DNA of 64,000 nt from a virus, in IMG/VR virus record IMGVR_UViG_3300032770_000003, positions 32,001-96,000 of that record, one strand, 5' to 3'. The notes beneath the pieces are model-generated. The model did not search any database. It saw only the letters and a program-made list of their open reading frames with translations, and had not been told where the DNA came from. A program made the position numbers and the translations under genes. This document shows positions 27,370 through 36,942 of the stretch, piece after piece; the stretch's first letter is position 1, and the number at the start of each line of letters is the position of its first letter.

Positions 27370-27819
27370 CTATGCGTTCGTGCCAGCGGGGATGATTGGG
27401 ATCGTCTGTCCGTTGCTGGGTCCACCGCTGGCGACGCCGCTGATGCCCGCCAATGCCGTAAGGAGAGCACCGAACCGCGTTCCCTCAGATCCGGATACAA
27501 GATACGCCGTCGACACTGTCGTATACGCTGTCGGCGTCGATGCCGGAGTCAGCCGGCACTGCACAATGGTATCCAACAGAGTGGCAGGACTTGGATTGAC
27601 TGCGAGAGCATCACAACCGCCACCGTTGGTGACAGACATGGCGAAAACACGACCAGCTGTTCCCGGACCTCCAAACAGCACACCGCCGCCGCCCTGAAGC
27701 TGTAGCTCGAAGCTCATGATTTGGTTGTCCTCATCGATCAACGTGACTCGAACAACCTTGAACTTGGTCATGTTCGCTTCAGTGATCGGCGTTGTCAGCG
27801 TCCAAGAGTTGCCAGCCAT
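27370..27819 (-). CDS. hypothetical protein, probably virion-associated
   Basis: Gly/Thr/Ala-rich 149-aa ORF directly after the fibre gene. Confidence 0.65.
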   Translation of the reverse strand: MAGNSWTLTTPITEANMTKFKVVRVTLIDEDNQIMSFELQLQGGGGVLFGGPGTAGRVFAMSVTNGGGCDALAVNPSPATLLDTIVQCRLTPASTPTAYTTVSTAYLVSGSEGTRFGALLTALAGISGVASGGPSNGQTIPIIPAGTNA

Positions 27820-27822
27820 TGT

Positions 27823-30213
27823 CTATCTCCACACAGGGACAAATGACGGCGTACCGTCGATGTTGATAAGCGACCAACCAGCTTGCGCTGCTGAGGCAGG
27901 TCCAGACGCTCCGATCGTGCCAAAGGTTGGCGTACTGCCACCACCGTTGGCTACCAAACCGTCATAGCGGAAGACACCATTATCAATCCACAAGGAGTAG
28001 GGTGCAGTAATGGTGCATGGGCCTGCACCAACACCCGAAGGTGGACCGGCGATGTACACAGTCGCCGCAAGGTCTACTGTCAATGCGCTCGCCGCTGAGT
28101 AGCTTGGAGCACGAAACGAAACCATGTTCACGCCGGTCGCGGTCGTGATGTGTGTGCTCCCAGAGAGCGTCAGTGTGGCGGCAATGACGTCGATCCCATT
28201 CCATACGGCGCTGCTGGACGACGCCACAGTCGCGGACGTGTTGAACTGAACGTTACCACCAGAGGCGACGGCCAGCGCGATTCCAGTCGAGGTTAGTTGG
28301 ATGGTGGTTGAGCTGAACGCTAGTCCGATGAGGCTGTCCTGGACCGCGATGGCAGCAACGCCGCCGTAGCCCGATGTCGCCGGACTCCAGAGGTTGATTG
28401 AACCGGAAGACGGCTTGATGTAGATGGCCGTGTTGCTCCACAACGCAGTCCCGCCTGCCAGAGCACCGGCTGCCCAATCGTTAGAACTGACTACGTACCC
28501 AACACCGCCCCTAGCTGTACCGCTTGAGTCACGCAACACCATGCCGGTTCGAGCCGTACCCGAGACCTGCAACTCGATGCCACTTCCCGCCTTAGCGTTA
28601 GTGACGAAAATGGGACTGACGGTGGATGAGACTCCTTGAACCCATAGAGCATAGGGGTTGGTGAGCGATGCAGAACCGGAGACGGTTGGTCCTCCGATTA
28701 TCGCCATGGTTGCTGCATAGTCTACAGTCACGGAACTGGAATCCGTGATTGTCGGTGCTCGCACCGTAACCATATTGAGACCGGTTGCTGTCGTAATGTG
28801 TGTGGTACCGGTCAAAGTCAACGTAGCGCCTAAGATATCGATACCGTCCCATGTAGCGCTCGTGGCACTAGCGACCGTGCGCGAGGCATCCGCACGCAAA
28901 AGCGTCGTCGCCACAGTGGAGACGTTGTTCCCGATCAGGACGTTCGGCGCTGATGTCGAACCTTGTGACTGGACACGAAACACGCTCGTCCCGCCGACCT
29001 GCATATCGAGCAGGTTGTGAACCGCGCCGGCCGTGAGAGCCGTTTCTGTGCCGTTGACGAAGAGGCCCGTGATCGTGCCATTGGCACCACCACTCTGGTT
29101 GATCGTATAGGTCGCGCTGATGTCCCGAAACGCGCCGCTGCCACTCGTGGGAGCAAACGTCGGCGCCAGCGAGATAGCCCGGCCGGTAGTTCCGGTACCG
29201 TTGGACCACGTCCCATAGACGCGAACGCCATCAAGATTCGTGATCGTCGCAGGCCCGGCTCCGCCTCCAGCTGGCGGCCCAGCCACAGCCAGCGTCGACG
29301 ACGTAGTGACCGTTAGTGCCGATCCAGCCGAAAGTGTCGGCGGGTTGACCGTGACGTAGTTATACCCGTTGGCCGTCGAGATCGACGTCGAACCCGTGAT
29401 GACCACGGTCCGCGCCGGCACGGACAGGACGTCGAGCGTGGCCGAGGCGCCCGAGGCATAGGTGAGGTTTTCCGAGACGATCAGCGTCGGCGTGGCACCG
29501 AAATTGAAGACACCCTTCGTCGTGTTCGTCGTCGTATTGAACGTGCCATTGGCACCGCTTGCAATGTCGAAGGTCAGGCCGGCGTTGGACGCGACACCGG
29601 TGACGAGGTCATTCGTGACGTTGTTTATCGCTCGCGTGACTCCGTTCGTGAATGTCAGCACAGGGGAATAGCTCGCTGTCGCGGCCGCAGTCACCCGACC
29701 CTGGGCGTCCAGGGTGATGCTGGCGATGCCAGAGCCGCCGATGAGGCCCGCCCCAGGTCCCACGGCCGGCATGGACACCGTCACGTTGCCGGTCAAGCTG
29801 CCGCCTCCAGATAGCCCGGTTCCGGCGATCACCTGTGTGGTCTGCGGAACGTATGCAGTGGCTAGGGCAACGACAGTATCGGGTGTGCTGTCAGAGACGT
29901 TGAAGTCGGCGCTGAACTTTAGGTTGCTGCGCTGGGCGAGTGTGGTCGTGTTACTCTTGATCGTCGTGTACGCTTGCGTGAGGTAGTCAGTCCCTGGACT
30001 GGCACCGACGAGCGTAGTTCCTGCGCGCTTGACGAGGTTCCCATCAGCGATGGAACCAAAGGTGATCTGTGTTGCGCCAAGGTGGAGCGCAAGAACAGTA
30101 GGATCAGGATAGGTCCCGCCTAAATCACCGCCAGCAGCTCCCGTAGGAGGTCCCCCACCGCCACCTCCGTCGGAGGTGCCATACATTGATTGGCTGTATT
30201 TTTGTGAAGGCAT
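27823..30213 (-). CDS. fibre-like virion protein with three ~75-aa repeats
   Basis: G/T/S/A-rich; GDLGGTYP.PTV and AGTGLSGGG fibre motifs; DAQGRVTAA. Confidence 0.75.
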   Translation of the reverse strand: MPSQKYSQSMYGTSDGGGGGGPPTGAAGGDLGGTYPDPTVLALHLGATQITFGSIADGNLVKRAGTTLVGASPGTDYLTQAYTTIKSNTTTLAQRSNLKFSADFNVSDSTPDTVVALATAYVPQTTQVIAGTGLSGGGSLTGNVTVSMPAVGPGAGLIGGSGIASITLDAQGRVTAAATASYSPVLTFTNGVTRAINNVTNDLVTGVASNAGLTFDIASGANGTFNTTTNTTKGVFNFGATPTLIVSENLTYASGASATLDVLSVPARTVVITGSTSISTANGYNYVTVNPPTLSAGSALTVTTSSTLAVAGPPAGGGAGPATITNLDGVRVYGTWSNGTGTTGRAISLAPTFAPTSGSGAFRDISATYTINQSGGANGTITGLFVNGTETALTAGAVHNLLDMQVGGTSVFRVQSQGSTSAPNVLIGNNVSTVATTLLRADASRTVASATSATWDGIDILGATLTLTGTTHITTATGLNMVTVRAPTITDSSSVTVDYAATMAIIGGPTVSGSASLTNPYALWVQGVSSTVSPIFVTNAKAGSGIELQVSGTARTGMVLRDSSGTARGGVGYVVSSNDWAAGALAGGTALWSNTAIYIKPSSGSINLWSPATSGYGGVAAIAVQDSLIGLAFSSTTIQLTSTGIALAVASGGNVQFNTSATVASSSSAVWNGIDVIAATLTLSGSTHITTATGVNMVSFRAPSYSAASALTVDLAATVYIAGPPSGVGAGPCTITAPYSLWIDNGVFRYDGLVANGGGSTPTFGTIGASGPASAAQAGWSLINIDGTPSFVPVWR

Positions 30214-30221
30214 TGCGTCCT

Positions 30222-30242
30222 AGTCAATAGTCAGTATTGACT
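30222..30242. promoter_or_regulatory. intergenic inverted repeat (operator or hairpin)
   Basis: AGTCAATA-gtcag-TATTGACT between the two fibre genes. Confidence 0.45.
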
Positions 30243-30246
30243 GACT

Positions 30247-32448
30247 TCACGGGTTACCGTCAGCGGTCACGGGTAAGTTGTCGACAGAGCCAACGACCAA
30301 GCCGAGATTGCCTGACGCCTTGGCTGCGAACCCAAGACGACGCTTCTGATTGGTGGCCGCCACCGGCGGCACAGTGGTAGTGGCAGTACCTGCGGTCCCG
30401 ACTGAGACGTAAGCAAGCGCCTCAGTGGTTGGTGCACCGTCAAAGAGCACCCACGCGGCCTGCTGCGAGAGCGGCGCAAAATACCCTGGGGCGTTGTTCG
30501 AGACAGTAGTGAGGCACGCGTACAGAGGTCCGGATGCGTCTGCTTGGGTATCAGCTCGTGCAGTGACTACTTGCGTGGGTGTTGAAAGCCGAACCAACGC
30601 ACCCACAGGCAACGTACTACCGCTGATGTTGGTAAATATGAAACATGGCGTGGTTACAACGTCACTCACCTGATAAACACGGATGTTGTTCTGCCCAACG
30701 TCGACGACGTTACCGAGTGCTCGGTCACCATAAGCCGAAATCACGTTGCCCAACAGCTGCATATCGCCGCTAGGACCTGTCACGGTGCAGCCATTGAGAA
30801 TAACGGTACTGTCCTGCAGACCTATCAGATTCAATCCGACTCCTGAGCTAACAGTGCCGGCGAGTGCAGTCAGATAAAGGACTGATTTGACACCTGCTGC
30901 AGGACTGGTGGCATCGAGACCGCTGGCGCCTTCGAAATGAATATTGCCGAGTTGGATAGCCGGGACACCGAATAGCTTGATCCCGCTGATTGCCCGCGTT
31001 TGTGGACCGCTTCGCGAACCAATAATCAAGGGGGGATTGATGCCCGGTGTACCGATGTTGAAAACCGATAGAATCGATCCGAGATAGGAACCTTGCCCAA
31101 AGATGCCGTTTTGCAGATTGGTGGAGTCAGAATATTGAATGTCACGCAACCGCAACGTGAAAGGGCCACCGACTGCTGTGTTGGGCCACGCGAAGGCATT
31201 AGCGGTGAAAGAGAACAAACGCACAAACTGGAAACCGCCGTGGACTGCTGCACCGAGTCCAACGGTACGCATGACACCAGTTTCGTCAATGTAGTTTGGC
31301 TGGACGTCGATGCTGAATGCGTCTTGTACAGTAAAATGGTAGTCGTCGTTGGTGGCCAGAGTTGCTACGCCGCAGATGGTGAGCGAGCCGCCCGAAAAAA
31401 GCAGCGCACCACCAGTGGTGTCGTTAACGGCTATGCCGACAGTCGCCCGCAGCGGTACGTTGCCAGTGGGGTTCTGAAGTGGAGCCCCAGTACCGGGGCT
31501 GGCATCGGTCCAGCGCGCAACGGTGACACCGGGGCCCTCGATCCAAAAATCGTCACCGAGGACTGGAGCGTTAGTAATTGCCGCACCGAAGGTGACCTGG
31601 GAAGTGGTGTGGGCTTGTATATTGATGACGACGTTGGCAAGCGCACTGGTAACGTTGCCTTTGAAACGAACCCGATAGGGGATAGCAGCAGGTTCAGTAC
31701 CAAAGGTACCTGACGAAATGGACACCGCGTTAACAGTGCCGCTGCTAGCAGTGAATGAACCATCACCATTCGGGCCAGTGACTTTGGTCTGAAATCCGCA
31801 CAACACACGGTCGGTTGCTGAATTTGTCAGATCGGTCGAGCCCCGGCGCACGAACCGCCGATAGCCACGCACGCCCGTGAAATCGAAAACAGATGCTGTT
31901 ATGCCGTCCGCATCGAGATAGACGGCACCAGCTGCGCGTGGCTTAATCAGCAACACACAGTCACGGTCGTTGCCCAGAGCCGGAAGGATCTGCATCAGAC
32001 GGTCGCGTGTCTTTATAGCCAGACCAGTCGGCACCAGTGTCGAACCAGCTGCTGCATCGACGTAACCGGTATTCGAATCATTGCCACCGTCGTAGTCGAG
32101 TAGAAAGTAACGAACTAGCGTCGATGACCAAGTGGCCAACATGTTTGTCGTAATCGGACTGGCTAGTGTACCGGTTCCGCTAATTGGAAATGCAGTGTGT
32201 TGAGAAGTGTCGCAAGCAAGCGGAGAAGCGACACTACCGGCTCCAGACAACGGGCTATTGACAGTGAGAGAAACCCGTAACGGATCACCACTGGTTCCTG
32301 CACCGAAAACAGGATCGTGTTCACTTAGGCCAAGCCCAATCGGTGAAGCGATGCTGCCGTTACCGGTGACAGGATCTGTGGTGTTTACAGTACCACTACC
32401 GCCGCTACCACCCCCGTATGTGCTGGTGCTGTATTTCTGTGATGGCAT
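30247..32448 (-). CDS. fibre/spike-like virion protein
   Basis: N-terminal tandem P(V/L/I)xGxG(T/S)xxxPL repeats, beta-rich body; AT-richer codons. Confidence 0.7.
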   Translation of the reverse strand: MPSQKYSTSTYGGGSGGSGTVNTTDPVTGNGSIASPIGLGLSEHDPVFGAGTSGDPLRVSLTVNSPLSGAGSVASPLACDTSQHTAFPISGTGTLASPITTNMLATWSSTLVRYFLLDYDGGNDSNTGYVDAAAGSTLVPTGLAIKTRDRLMQILPALGNDRDCVLLIKPRAAGAVYLDADGITASVFDFTGVRGYRRFVRRGSTDLTNSATDRVLCGFQTKVTGPNGDGSFTASSGTVNAVSISSGTFGTEPAAIPYRVRFKGNVTSALANVVINIQAHTTSQVTFGAAITNAPVLGDDFWIEGPGVTVARWTDASPGTGAPLQNPTGNVPLRATVGIAVNDTTGGALLFSGGSLTICGVATLATNDDYHFTVQDAFSIDVQPNYIDETGVMRTVGLGAAVHGGFQFVRLFSFTANAFAWPNTAVGGPFTLRLRDIQYSDSTNLQNGIFGQGSYLGSILSVFNIGTPGINPPLIIGSRSGPQTRAISGIKLFGVPAIQLGNIHFEGASGLDATSPAAGVKSVLYLTALAGTVSSGVGLNLIGLQDSTVILNGCTVTGPSGDMQLLGNVISAYGDRALGNVVDVGQNNIRVYQVSDVVTTPCFIFTNISGSTLPVGALVRLSTPTQVVTARADTQADASGPLYACLTTVSNNAPGYFAPLSQQAAWVLFDGAPTTEALAYVSVGTAGTATTTVPPVAATNQKRRLGFAAKASGNLGLVVGSVDNLPVTADGNP

Positions 32449-32451
32449 TTT

Positions 32452-32874
32452 TTAGCCTGAGACTGAGGTCGATTCTTCGACGTACAGCTGAAGAGTGACA
32501 GCGCTACCCAGAGTCCCGCCGATGGCGGTGACTTGAACGAAGAGATCACCTTTGAGCGTCGACTCGAACATGCGGCACACTGCTGCCGAAGTCTCAGGAT
32601 CAATACTCACCCATGCGTCTCGGCCCAGAGCTGCAGAGGCGCCGGTGTCACGGACCCATGAAGTGAAATTCACAGTCACCGTTTGAACATCCGCATTGCT
32701 GCCATCTATTGCACGAAAATAGATACGATGTCCCTCGACCACGCCGCTCCCGAGCGCATCGCCAGCTTGCCCGGTCATGACGTGAACATTTCCAGCCGAT
32801 GGCTGGCTGGCATTTGGATCAAGGTCCGCGGAGAAACCGGAGATTGTGATTGAGCGAGCAAGAACACAACGCAT
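32452..32874 (-). CDS. hypothetical beta-rich protein
   Basis: 140-aa ORF in the fibre module. Confidence 0.6.
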   Translation of the reverse strand: MRCVLARSITISGFSADLDPNASQPSAGNVHVMTGQAGDALGSGVVEGHRIYFRAIDGSNADVQTVTVNFTSWVRDTGASAALGRDAWVSIDPETSAAVCRMFESTLKGDLFVQVTAIGGTLGSAVTLQLYVEESTSVSG

Positions 32875-32877
32875 GGG

Positions 32878-33261
32878 TCACCCCTCAAACAGCAATGCAG
32901 CGTAGGTGGTGGTATCAACGGATGTCTGCACTACGAAGCTGTAGTACAGCGCATAGACGTCGAGCGACTCTCCCACTGGGATTGGGAAATAATGCTGACC
33001 ACCGTCAAAGGAGACTTGTAATTGATTGTCTCCAGAGTTGAACAGGATCAGACGCTGACCAAGTCCTCGGAGTACCGCAACGGTCGAAGGCATCGTCGTG
33101 GCAGTGCCATTGACGTGCCGTGGGCGCATCACTGGTAGCATGTCGGATTCTCCTGTTAGGGTATTAACACCCAGCAGCATACCACCAGCCTGATGGCTCA
33201 GCGGGTATGGTGGCACGTCCCTGTGGAGCCTAACATTCCTCTCGAACTGAGAGGAACACAA
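32878..33261 (-). CDS. hypothetical beta-sandwich protein
   Basis: LILFN.G.NQLQVSFDGG..YFPIP.GESL pattern; start uncertain. Confidence 0.6.
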   Translation of the reverse strand: MCSSQFERNVRLHRDVPPYPLSHQAGGMLLGVNTLTGESDMLPVMRPRHVNGTATTMPSTVAVLRGLGQRLILFNSGDNQLQVSFDGGQHYFPIPVGESLDVYALYYSFVVQTSVDTTTYAALLFEG

Positions 33262-33279
33262 AAAGTCAACGCACTACGG

Positions 33280-35745
33280 CTAGATGCCCACGCTGATCAC
33301 GAAGCAGGCTTCCGCCTTGTAGGTCTTGAGCCGCTCCAGCGAGTGCCTGAGCAGCCACTTGTGGGAGAAGTTGGCGAAGTCGTAGACCAAGAGCCGGTCC
33401 TTGCCTTTGTTCGCGCGTAGCCCGCGGCCGACACGCTGGAGGAGCCGGATCTTGGCCTTGCCTCCCGCACACAGGATCAGGACATCAATGTTCGGGACAT
33501 CGACCCCTTCATCGAGGATGGGGGTGGCGACGAGGATCGAGATCTTGTTCTTGGCGAACTGATCCAACACTTCGAGGCGCGTGCGCCCCCTGTCCGTTCC
33601 CGTCAGGTACGCCCAGGGCTTGTCGCTGTACTTCTTGAGCAGCGCCGCCAGCGCTGCTCCTTGCTTCGTCTTGTCCACCAGCATCAAAACCTGGTCACCC
33701 TTGCGGGCATGCTGGATCGCTTTGGTCGCTGCCTTGGTGTTCAGATGTGGGTTCTCGACGATCCCTAGCTTCTCCACCTCTCGAAAGGAGAGCCCGGACG
33801 GGATGATCGGGGCATGTACCTTCAACATCTCGACGTACGGGGGGACGGAGATGCCACGGTCCACCAGGAGCTTGTTGGAGACCTCGTAGAGCACGGGACC
33901 CGTCTGAGCCAGGAGCCGGAGGTCGGCGCCGTCTGACCTGTCCAGCGGCGTCCCTGACATGCCGAAGCGGTAGTAGGCAGGGATTTGGGACAAGACGTCG
34001 TAGTGCGTGTCGCTGGCCGCGTGGTGCGCCTCGTCAGACCACACGAGCTGCCAGCGCGGCAGCATGGCCTCCACCTCCGGGAGCTTGAGCCGGTTCGCGA
34101 GCGACGCTGGCGTAGCCACCGTGATCCAAGCACCCAGCCGGTACTCACTGTCCGCGATAAAACCGATGTCTTGCTCACGTATCCCAAGCCGTAAAGCGAA
34201 GCGGGCGACGGTTTGGTAGACCAGGGTCATGCGGTCGACCAAAAAGAGCGTGGGCAGCGCCAGGTGCTTGGTCACTGCGATCGCCACCTCGGTGTTGTGG
34301 GTTACTGTGAAATCACCCAACAAGAAGCGACCATCACCCTCCAGAGTGAAGCCAGCATAGGGCCCGAACCCCACGGGCTCCACACGAAAGCCAACATGCT
34401 GCCACTGCCTCTTCGGTCGCGCGTGCTTCCGTTTTAGGCGCAGAGGCAGCACTTTGGTGTCACCGATGAGAACCAGTTTCCAGTACGTGCGTGGCTTGCT
34501 CCACCATGCAAGACAAACTTTTTTGGCTCTGATCGAGGCACCGAATCCCAGTGATCGAGCTAGAAACGCTAGATCATCTACCCATGCCCGTTGTTTGAGG
34601 ACGAGTTCGATGTTGCACCCGTCGGAGTAACCATCACCATCGATGAAACCGGCGAGGAATGCTTCTCGTTCTTGTCGGGTACCTCGCAAGTACCGATCTG
34701 GCAGCCGCTCACCACTACCGTAGATGGTACGGAGCTTGTTCAATAAGCTGTGAGGATCCCCTGCGGTATTCTCTGTGATGAACGTACTACTGCAACGGTC
34801 CTCTGGACGTCTCACATGTGAGGATTGCCCAGCAGATAAAGCTACTTGTGCGATTGCATCCTGAATTTCTTTGTCAGGCTTTGTGATCTCTATTACTCCG
34901 AGATCTTTGCGCCCATCAGCGTACCAAATACCAAGAAGCCACGGGTCAACCGGAACAGGGTCTTCTGGCGCTTTGAACTCCACTCCCGCACGGACCAACC
35001 GACTCAACCGTCGACGATCCTTGGTCCAGCTCAAAAACTCGTCCAGAGACACGTCTACGACTGCTTCTGCCTTTGGGTCAAAGATGGTCAGGACATGTAC
35101 CGAGTTGCATTCGAAAGGCTCGCCAGCCCGCTTTGGTGTGACGCGATACATTTGTGCCGCACCGTCACAAGTGCTGGTCACGCGTCTCGGCTCGCTGTCC
35201 GGGCCCATCAAAAGGTCACCAACGCGGACCTGCGCGGCGCGAATGACGCGACCGTCGTAGAGGAGCACAGGCGTGTTCGGGTGCAGACACTTTCCACCGT
35301 TTGTCGCTATGCGTAATATGCCCTTGCGGCCCGCGACCAACGCTTTCGCTGCTTCCAGCTGGTAATCGAAAACGCCTTGGCCGAACTTGATGCCCTGCAG
35401 CTCGAAGCCTTTGTTCCCGATGGCTGGACGATGCGTTTCGTTGTCGTCGATGAGCTGGATGTTGCCTTTCGGGTCGTAGAGTCTTAGCTCCTCCAGGACG
35501 AGAGGAGCGAGCCCGGCTGGCATCGAGCTGTGCACCTGATCGAAGAGGTGCTTCTTGCCATCCCAGACCTTGCGCTTGTAGGCCGGGGAAAACATGAACC
35601 CGTCGACGTAGTACGACGTCGCCTTCCGCACAATCTGGAGGGGGAAGTCGCCACTGATGAATGCGCGGTGACCGCGAACCACGATCACACAGTTGGTCTG
35701 TCCGATCGGAACGTGACGCGGTTGTAGCTTGAGCGCGCTACTCAC
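33280..35745 (-). CDS. superfamily 2 (UvsW-like) DNA helicase, intein-containing
   Basis: FDYQ, ATNGGK|T, DEAHH, SGTP, DEGVDVP, QRVGRGLR. Confidence 0.92.
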   Translation of the reverse strand: MSSALKLQPRHVPIGQTNCVIVVRGHRAFISGDFPLQIVRKATSYYVDGFMFSPAYKRKVWDGKKHLFDQVHSSMPAGLAPLVLEELRLYDPKGNIQLIDDNETHRPAIGNKGFELQGIKFGQGVFDYQLEAAKALVAGRKGILRIATNGGKCLHPNTPVLLYDGRVIRAAQVRVGDLLMGPDSEPRRVTSTCDGAAQMYRVTPKRAGEPFECNSVHVLTIFDPKAEAVVDVSLDEFLSWTKDRRRLSRLVRAGVEFKAPEDPVPVDPWLLGIWYADGRKDLGVIEITKPDKEIQDAIAQVALSAGQSSHVRRPEDRCSSTFITENTAGDPHSLLNKLRTIYGSGERLPDRYLRGTRQEREAFLAGFIDGDGYSDGCNIELVLKQRAWVDDLAFLARSLGFGASIRAKKVCLAWWSKPRTYWKLVLIGDTKVLPLRLKRKHARPKRQWQHVGFRVEPVGFGPYAGFTLEGDGRFLLGDFTVTHNTEVAIAVTKHLALPTLFLVDRMTLVYQTVARFALRLGIREQDIGFIADSEYRLGAWITVATPASLANRLKLPEVEAMLPRWQLVWSDEAHHAASDTHYDVLSQIPAYYRFGMSGTPLDRSDGADLRLLAQTGPVLYEVSNKLLVDRGISVPPYVEMLKVHAPIIPSGLSFREVEKLGIVENPHLNTKAATKAIQHARKGDQVLMLVDKTKQGAALAALLKKYSDKPWAYLTGTDRGRTRLEVLDQFAKNKISILVATPILDEGVDVPNIDVLILCAGGKAKIRLLQRVGRGLRANKGKDRLLVYDFANFSHKWLLRHSLERLKTYKAEACFVISVGI
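34294..35289 (-). mobile_element. intein in helicase Walker A (332 aa, LAGLIDADG)
   Basis: GGK|CLHPNTPV...LLGIWYADG...FLAGFIDGDG...FTVTHN|TEV. Confidence 0.95.
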
Positions 35746-35754
35746 ACGCGGAGA

Positions 35755-36252
35755 CTACTGACTTTGCCCTTGACTAGTCAAGGTGAGGTTGTTGCCAATC
35801 GGATTTGCCTGCATGAAGACGCTGTCCGGGATCACCCACGAATAGACAACGCCTAGCTCTTTGAGCTTCTCCCACCCACTGCGGTTGAAGGTGATGAATC
35901 TCGGCTCATCCATGTTTCGTGTGAACACACCAGCTCGGTGGGAATCGGGCCGATCGCGGTAGCGAAAGTACAAAACCAGCACGTCGACGTCAGGGAAGAC
36001 ATCGAAGATGTACTTGGTCCGGAGCGCCAGCTTCTCCATGCAGCCGTTGTTTCGTGGACAGTGATCGTGCTGCAGACAGAAGAGCGGGTACAGTCGCTCG
36101 ACGTCTCCGATCAAGAACGAGCACTCCGGATAGAGCGCTTGCAGTTTCAGAAACAGTACAGCGCGACCGGAAGGTCCGGCGACCTTCAGCAACAAGACCT
36201 GACGTGGGTCCTCAGGGTTGGACTGGATGGCTTTCACAGCCCACCAAAGCAC
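35755..36252 (-). CDS. hypothetical protein
   Basis: 165-aa ORF, GC3-rich. Confidence 0.6.
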   Translation of the reverse strand: MLWWAVKAIQSNPEDPRQVLLLKVAGPSGRAVLFLKLQALYPECSFLIGDVERLYPLFCLQHDHCPRNNGCMEKLALRTKYIFDVFPDVDVLVLYFRYRDRPDSHRAGVFTRNMDEPRFITFNRSGWEKLKELGVVYSWVIPDSVFMQANPIGNNLTLTSQGQSQ

Positions 36253-36682
36253 CGCCGATCAGGTGGTCTTGGTAAAAGATCGCATTGAGGAGGTTGCGAT
36301 AGACCGCGGTCGGACGCAGGTCGTAGAAAGCAGGTCGGGTACTGAGGACACGGTCGACCTTGGTGAAGTGGGCCTTGAACCGAAGGCGGGTGGGCGTGCT
36401 CATGGCTGTGCCGTCGATCGTCGTCAGGGCCCCCACCACTGTCACGTCGTAGCAGGCACCCAGCGTCGGCTTGCTGATGACCAGAAAGCAACTTGTCGTG
36501 CTGATCTCTTGCCCGGAGCGGACTGCCTTGACCGTGACCGCTTGACCGGTGTCATCCGGTGCACTGACGACTGTGTATGAGGCAGGATCCTGCAAGACAG
36601 AGTCGTTGCGCATGAGATCCACGAAGACGACTTCGATCAGGTCCGTCGCCCACTCGTTCACTGCTGAGAGCGCCCCGATCAT
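36212..36682 (-). CDS. hypothetical Ig-like/baseplate-associated protein
   Basis: I.V.F...M......DP.SY.V...Y.VTV beta-sandwich pattern. Confidence 0.6.
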   Translation of the reverse strand: MIGALSAVNEWATDLIEVVFVDLMRNDSVLQDPASYTVVSAPDDTGQAVTVKAVRSGQEISTTSCFLVISKPTLGACYDVTVVGALTTIDGTAMSTPTRLRFKAHFTKVDRVLSTRPAFYDLRPTAVYRNLLNAIFYQDHLIGGALVGCESHPVQP

Positions 36683-36927
36683 TTGGACGAAGCCATCTGC
36701 GCTCTGATGGCCTGCAGCTTGGCGAGCAGCTCATCATGCTGAGCGTTTTGCTGTTCTCTCGACGCCTGGACGCGGGCGATGCGCTTGTCCAGCTCCGCGA
36801 TGGACATGTACTCACGGAGGACCGGTGCCGGTGCCGTCGTGATGATCTCGAACAGCTTCTCGTCTGGCTTGCGCCCCAGCTTGCGCAAGCCAGCTGGTGC
36901 TGGTTGAACCTTGATGTCGTCTGACAT
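36679..36927 (-). CDS. small coiled-coil protein, possible tailspike chaperone
   Basis: Heptad C-terminus, directly downstream of the tailspike. Confidence 0.6.
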   Translation of the reverse strand: MSDDIKVQPAPAGLRKLGRKPDEKLFEIITTAPAPVLREYMSIAELDKRIARVQASREQQNAQHDELLAKLQAIRAQMASSK

Positions 36928-36942
36928 GGCAGCCCCTCTCTT

